DNA of 32,000 nucleotides, taken from Candidatus Arthromitus sp. SFB-rat-Yit (GTDB lineage Bacteria > Bacillota > Clostridia > Clostridiales > Clostridiaceae). The notes under the pieces were generated by a model that worked only from the letters and a program-made list of their open reading frames with translations, ran no database searches and was not told the origin of the DNA. The position numbers were made by a program, and so were the translations under genes. This document shows, in pieces, positions 26,881 through 32,000 of the stretch (position 1 is the stretch's first letter; each line of letters begins with the position of its first letter). The stretch lies in NCBI RefSeq assembly GCF_000283555.1, contig NC_016012.1, positions 840,001 to 872,000 on the forward strand. The letters are read 5' to 3'.

Positions 26881-28341
26881 TTATTTTTCTTTTAATATTT
26901 CATCAATTACTTCTCTTTCATCAAAATGTATAACCTTATTCTTTAATATTTGGTAGTCCTCATGTCCTTTACCTGCTATCAAAATTATATCATTAGTTTT
27001 TCTATTTTTTATAGATTTTTTTATCGCATCAAATCGACTTATCACAACTTCATAATTCGACTTATTAACGCCTGATACGATATCATTTATTATACTTTCT
27101 GGATCTTCACTTCTTGGATTATCAGAAGTTATATATACATAATCACTAAGTTCTGTTGCAATCTTACCAATCTGTGGACGCTTTTCTTTATCTCTATCCC
27201 CACCGCATCCCACTACACAAATAATTCTTCCTTTGGCAATATTTCTTAGAGTACAGATACAATTTTTAAGCCCATCAGGCGTATGCGCATAATCTAAATA
27301 AATATCGCAATTTAACCCATATTTTTTTGAAACATTTTCGAGTCTTCCAACTACAAAAATATTTTTTAAACTTTCTTTAATCACATTTATTGAAATTCCC
27401 TCATTGATAGCTATAGCAATGCACGGTATTGCATTATACACATTAAATTTTCCTACAAGATTATAATCAAAATTATATCTATTTCCAAATTTATCACATA
27501 CAACAAATTCTGTTGAATTATCGTTAAGTACAATATCTTTTGCAACAAAATCATTCATGTTTTCTTCAATTCCATATGTAATAACATTAGAGGGAATTTT
27601 ATCAATTATCTTTTTCCCATATTCATCATCCCTATTTATAATGATTCTTTCACTGTTTTCAAACAATTTAAACTTAGCATTAAAATACTCTGAGAAATTT
27701 TTGTGAAAATCTAAATGATCTTGAGTTAAATTTGTAAATATACCATAATCAAATTTAATTCCATAAACCCTATCAAGTTCTAAAGCATGTGATGAAACTT
27801 CCATAAAACAATACTCAACACCATCTTTAACCATTTCACTCAATAAATAATTTAATTGCAAAGCTCCTGGAGTTGTACCCTCAGCCTTTATCTTTCTATC
27901 ATTAATAAAATTACTTATTGTTCCTATAACTCCTGTCTTAAATCCAGCATTACTAAAAATTTCTCTAAGTATATATGTCGTAGTCGTTTTTCCATTCGTT
28001 CCTGTAACACCAAGTATCTTAAATTTTTCATGTGGTCTACCATAAAAATTTATAGCTGCTATTGATAATGCCTTTCTAGTATCATTAACACAAATCAGAG
28101 TAACATTATTCCCAAAATCAAAATTCAGCTTGTATTTACTGTCAACAACTATAACTTTAGATCCTTTTGATAAGGCTAAATCGATAAAATTATGACCATC
28201 AAAATTATATCCTCTTATACAAAAAAATAAATCTCCATCTAAAATATCGTTTGTGTTGTCAGTTATTTTATTAATATCTACATCATCATTTCCAGAAATG
28301 ACTCTATAATCGAATGATTTAAATAATTCTGATACTTTCAT
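26881..28341 (-). CDS. murE: UDP-N-acetylmuramoyl-tripeptide synthetase, meso-DAP-type motif
   Basis: GVTGTNGKTTTTYILREI; YLDYAHTPDGLKN; SDNPRSEDP (DNPR motif); AGKGHEDYQ. Confidence 0.95.
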   Translation of the reverse strand: MKVSELFKSFDYRVISGNDDVDINKITDNTNDILDGDLFFCIRGYNFDGHNFIDLALSKGSKVIVVDSKYKLNFDFGNNVTLICVNDTRKALSIAAINFYGRPHEKFKILGVTGTNGKTTTTYILREIFSNAGFKTGVIGTISNFINDRKIKAEGTTPGALQLNYLLSEMVKDGVEYCFMEVSSHALELDRVYGIKFDYGIFTNLTQDHLDFHKNFSEYFNAKFKLFENSERIIINRDDEYGKKIIDKIPSNVITYGIEENMNDFVAKDIVLNDNSTEFVVCDKFGNRYNFDYNLVGKFNVYNAIPCIAIAINEGISINVIKESLKNIFVVGRLENVSKKYGLNCDIYLDYAHTPDGLKNCICTLRNIAKGRIICVVGCGGDRDKEKRPQIGKIATELSDYVYITSDNPRSEDPESIINDIVSGVNKSNYEVVISRFDAIKKSIKNRKTNDIILIAGKGHEDYQILKNKVIHFDEREVIDEILKEK

Positions 28342-28361
28342 ATTCCCTCCAAGTATTATAA

Positions 28362-28391
28362 TTAAAGAAGGATAGAAATCCTTCTTTAATC
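28362..28391 (-). terminator. Perfect 13-bp hairpin between ftsI-like and murE (attenuator, partial terminator or processing site)
   Basis: ATTAAAGAAGGAT-agaa-ATCCTTCTTTAAT on the plus strand; weak downstream U-run on the minus transcript. Confidence 0.55.
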
Positions 28392-28398
28392 TGTTTTA

Positions 28399-30585
28399 TT
28401 AATGAAGATCTCTAACACTAAAGATAAGATCAACAACATCGCCTTTTTCTACTATTTTGCCAGCTTCAATGCTCTGACTGACCAGAAGTCCTTCACCACT
28501 TATATTGTATTTAAGTCCAATACTATCGAGTATTTCCATAACCCCTTGCTTACTATAACCATATAAATGCGGCATCAATACCTGTCGATCTATTTGTGCA
28601 GAATCACCTTTATATATAATTATCTTAGTTCCTTCCTTAACTGAATAACCTGGCTTTGGTGTTATATCTACGATCTTCTCTCCTTCTCCAACAGTTTCAT
28701 AATCAAGATTCAAATCTTTAAGAAGCTGTTGACCATCCTTAACACTAAACTCCCTAATTTCAGGAACTATTACATCTTTAAGTAAACTCTTTCTAATTTC
28801 TTCATCTGTTGATTTAACATCTATCGCCAAATAATTAAATATATCTGAGAACAATTGTCTAGCAACAGGAGTTGTAATTACTCCTGCATAATATTCACCA
28901 GCTGAAGGTTCATCAATTGATATAAATATACTAACTTTTGGATCACTCGCTGGTGCAAAACCAACAAAGGATGAAATATATTTTCCTACTCCATAAGTTC
29001 CTGTTTCAGTATCAACTTTTTGGGCAGTACCAGTTTTACCAGCTATTTCATAACCCTCAATAAAAGCTCTTGACCCAGAACCCTCAGATATAACAGATTC
29101 AAGTATATCTCTCATAAGAACTGAGCTTTCTTCGCTTACAACACGTCTTTCAGAATAATCTTCAAATTTTTTATCAACAACATAATTAAACTCATTATCA
29201 TAATGAGAAATTTCTTTCATAAAATGTGGTTTAACCCAAACCCCATCATTCGCAACAGCATTAACAGCAGCTAAAAATTGAATAGGCGTAGTTGTGTTTG
29301 TTTGACCAAATGAAATTGTTGCAAGATCAACTGTTGATATATTATCAACTTTCTTTATAATTCCTCTAGCCTCTCCAGATAAATCTAATCCAGTCTTTTG
29401 ACCAAATCCAAATTTTTCTATATACTTGTTCAATGTTTCTGCTCCAAGTTTTTCACCAATTTCCATAGTCCCAACATTGCATGAATTTTGGAGAACTCCC
29501 CTAAAATCTAAAGTTCCATGACCTGTTCTCTTCCAACAATGTATAATTCTTCCTCCAACTTCCTTATGACCATTGCAAACAAAAGTATCTGATTCAGAAA
29601 CGAGTCCTTCCTCAATGGCTGCGATCGCAGTAATAATTTTAAATATAGATCCAGGTTCATAAATGTCATTAACTGCCCTGTTTCTCCAGAGCTTTTGAAG
29701 TTCATCATAAGTTGCAACTTCATCCCTAACAGTATTAGGGTTAAAATCTGGCTTATTAACCATCGCAAGAATTTCACCATTTTCAGGATTCATAACAATA
29801 ACCGAAACTGCCTTTGCATTATTATCATCAAGCGCCTGCTTTGCAACTTTTTCAGCAAAGAACTGTATTTTTTCATCGATTGTCAAAACTACATTTTTAC
29901 CATCAATAGGCTCTATGTACTCACTTATAGAATAAGGTAGATCTCTTGATTTTGCGTCAAGCTCAACTATTCTAAATCCATCAACACCTGTAAGCTCATC
30001 ATCATACATAAGTTCAATCCCCGTGAGACCTCTTCCATCAATATCAGTTGATCCAAGTACATGAGATAAATACGCATTGTTTGGATAATATCTTTTTGTA
30101 TCAGGTGAAACAATTATTCCTGATATGTTAAGCTCTTGAACTTTATCTACTTTTTGCTTTTCAACCCTTCTTATCAAATAAGCTGAACCTGCTGGATTAC
30201 CTTTACTATCTTTGGTATTTAATACTCTTAAAACTTTTTGCTCATCCATTTCTAAAGAAGCAGCTATTTTAGGTGCAATATCTTCATATGTTAAAGAATT
30301 TTTTTCCAAATATTCACGTATAGTTTTTAAATCTAAATCTACACGGTAAACATTAGCACTAACAGCCAACTCTTTTAAATTTCTATCTAAAATCGCCCCT
30401 CTCCTCGCTTGAATTTTCACTGAACTAGTCCATTGATTTTCTGCTATTGCGTAATATTCATCACCTTTTATAATCATAACCCTAAAAAGATTCACTAAAA
30501 TGACTAATATCAAAAAGTAAAATATAAACATAGTCACTAATGCCCTTTTCTTCATCATGAATCTATCAGTAAACTTATGTTTCAT
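28399..30585 (-). CDS. Class B penicillin-binding protein (FtsI/SpoVD-like) with two C-terminal PASTA-like segments
   Basis: GSIFKII (SxxK), SCNVG (SxN), AGKTGTAQ (KTG). Tail VIVPEIREFSVKDGQQLLKDLNLDY... and MPHLYGYSKQGVMEILDSIGLKY.... RBS GAGGTGAG. Confidence 0.94.
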   Translation of the reverse strand: MKHKFTDRFMMKKRALVTMFIFYFLILVILVNLFRVMIIKGDEYYAIAENQWTSSVKIQARRGAILDRNLKELAVSANVYRVDLDLKTIREYLEKNSLTYEDIAPKIAASLEMDEQKVLRVLNTKDSKGNPAGSAYLIRRVEKQKVDKVQELNISGIIVSPDTKRYYPNNAYLSHVLGSTDIDGRGLTGIELMYDDELTGVDGFRIVELDAKSRDLPYSISEYIEPIDGKNVVLTIDEKIQFFAEKVAKQALDDNNAKAVSVIVMNPENGEILAMVNKPDFNPNTVRDEVATYDELQKLWRNRAVNDIYEPGSIFKIITAIAAIEEGLVSESDTFVCNGHKEVGGRIIHCWKRTGHGTLDFRGVLQNSCNVGTMEIGEKLGAETLNKYIEKFGFGQKTGLDLSGEARGIIKKVDNISTVDLATISFGQTNTTTPIQFLAAVNAVANDGVWVKPHFMKEISHYDNEFNYVVDKKFEDYSERRVVSEESSVLMRDILESVISEGSGSRAFIEGYEIAGKTGTAQKVDTETGTYGVGKYISSFVGFAPASDPKVSIFISIDEPSAGEYYAGVITTPVARQLFSDIFNYLAIDVKSTDEEIRKSLLKDVIVPEIREFSVKDGQQLLKDLNLDYETVGEGEKIVDITPKPGYSVKEGTKIIIYKGDSAQIDRQVLMPHLYGYSKQGVMEILDSIGLKYNISGEGLLVSQSIEAGKIVEKGDVVDLIFSVRDLH

Positions 30586-30623
30586 GTCTCACCTCTGTAA
30601 AAATAAAGAATCTAGATGCTCCT

Positions 30624-31046
30624 TTAATTCTTTCCCGTTAATTTATCATACAGCTTAATAAGAAATGGTCTATCTGGTTCTTCTTTTACTTCAACATCAA
30701 AATTATCTTTGTTCAAATCAACAATCACAAAATCTCCAAGTTTAGGTGGCGTCATTCCCAAAAATTCTGCATACTCCATAACCTTATCAAAGCCTTTTAA
30801 ATTTAAAATCTCAAGTTGTAAACTTTCAAGCTCCTCCGTCAGATTACTAATTTGAGATTTCAAAACATTAACTTCCCTTTGTTTCTTATAAACCTTCGAA
30901 CTTCCATTAATAAGAAAAGCACCACAAATAATAAAACATATAAACACGTAAAAAAAACTTCGTCTAACATAAATATTAAAGGAACGTTTCTTTACAAACA
31001 TCACCTCTTCTTCTTGATTATTAAAAATTTTTCTATTTTCTTCCAT
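30624..31046 (-). CDS. FtsL/septum formation initiator-like small bitopic protein
   Basis: Single TM (FYVFICFIICGAFLI) followed by coiled coil QREVNVLKSQISNLTEELESLQLEILNL; position between rsmH and the class B PBP. Confidence 0.8.
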   Translation of the reverse strand: MEENRKIFNNQEEEVMFVKKRSFNIYVRRSFFYVFICFIICGAFLINGSSKVYKKQREVNVLKSQISNLTEELESLQLEILNLKGFDKVMEYAEFLGMTPPKLGDFVIVDLNKDNFDVEVKEEPDRPFLIKLYDKLTGKN

Positions 31047-31080
31047 GTTTACTCACCTTTTAAGAAATTTATTACTTATT

Positions 31081-31995
31081 TTAATAAATTAATTTTTCTG
31101 CCACCCTCAATTTGGCCGAAGATGAACGTGAATTTTTGGAAATCTCTAAGCTTGATGGCAAAATAGGTTTCCTAGTTATGATTGATATTTCTTTTTTCTT
31201 TTCACATTTACAAATAGGAAAATCTTTTGGGCAAATACACTCAGTTGCCAAATAATTAAACGTGTTTTTCACTATCCTATCTTCTAAAGAATGGAAAGTT
31301 ATAATAGCAATGCGTCCCCCAATTTTCAAATTATTCACAGAATCAACTATTGTATTTTCTAATATTTCAAGTTCCCCATTGACCTCTATACGAAGTGCCT
31401 GAAAAACTTTTTTAGAAAGATGACCTCTCTTTTTTATTTCAAATCTTGGTATAGTATCGTCAATTAATTTAACTAAATCATGTGTTGTAGATATCTTGTT
31501 TAATTTTCTTGATTCAACGATTTTACGAGCTATTTTTTTATGATACTTTTCTTCTCCATAAACCCTAAATATGTGACTAAGTTTTTCTTCATCATACTCA
31601 TTTATGATATCATAAGCCGAAAAAGTTTGAGATGTATTCATTCTCATATCGAGCTTACCATTTCTTATATAACTAAATCCCCTTTCATCTGTATCAATTT
31701 GATATGAAGATACACCTAAATCCATTAAAATTCCATCGACCTTTTCTATTTCAAGAGTTTTAAGTATTAGATCAATATTTTTAAAATTATCCTGTACAAA
31801 ATTTATGTTGGTATGATTCGAAAATTTTTGTTTGCAATAATCAATTGCATACTGATCTTGATCTATCGCTATAAGTCTTCCCGTACTATGTAATCTATGT
31901 AAAATTTCCGCTGAATGTCCACCGCCTCCAAGGGTGCAATCAACATAAATTCCTTCCTTTTTTATATTAAGAGCATGGATACTTTCGTCAAGCAT
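31081..31995 (-). CDS. rsmH: 16S rRNA (cytosine1402-N4)-methyltransferase (start may lie further upstream, beyond the window)
   Basis: YVDCTLGGGGHSAEIL; DGILMDLGVSSYQID; RGFSYIRNGKLDMRM; ALRIEVNGEL; AIITFHSLEDRIVKN. The TTG/ATG start lies close to the window edge. Confidence 0.94.
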   Translation of the reverse strand: MLDESIHALNIKKEGIYVDCTLGGGGHSAEILHRLHSTGRLIAIDQDQYAIDYCKQKFSNHTNINFVQDNFKNIDLILKTLEIEKVDGILMDLGVSSYQIDTDERGFSYIRNGKLDMRMNTSQTFSAYDIINEYDEEKLSHIFRVYGEEKYHKKIARKIVESRKLNKISTTHDLVKLIDDTIPRFEIKKRGHLSKKVFQALRIEVNGELEILENTIVDSVNNLKIGGRIAIITFHSLEDRIVKNTFNYLATECICPKDFPICKCEKKKEISIITRKPILPSSLEISKNSRSSSAKLRVAEKLIY

Positions 31996-32000
31996 TACCG

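Overview
The window reads as AT-rich chromosomal DNA from a Firmicutes (clostridial-type) bacterium, mostly core genes on the minus strand. From left to right it holds: yigZ-like (partial) and hflX; a class A PBP with a Pro/Thr/Asn repeat tail; a YfcE-like phosphoesterase; an HTH/coiled-coil protein; folD; two glycosyltransferases and a polysaccharide deacetylase; an arsR/DUF318-type permease pair; two tandem paralogous secreted proteins with DUF4214-like C-termini; a tRNA-Cys/Phe/Asp operon with a consensus promoter and terminator; hslO; a small putative lipoprotein; an HtrA-like protease; an Fe-ADH; and a rearranged division/wall cluster (sepF paralog, rluD-like, divIVA, ylmH-like, sepF, ftsQ/divIB, ftsW, mraY, murF, murE, ftsI/spoVD-like, ftsL-like, rsmH). 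I see no CRISPR array, transposase, prophage or obvious defence system, and nothing I can call a new multigene system. The best second-look items are: a perfect 28-nt hairpin between a strong Shine-Dalgarno and the mraY start; two SepF paralogs flanking rluD-divIVA-ylmH; the tandem secreted paralog pair with clustered palindromes upstream; a JAMM-like HxHx10D motif in the HflX N-terminal extension; and mismatched T-stems in two of the three tRNAs. All homology statements come from motif recognition by eye, with no database search.
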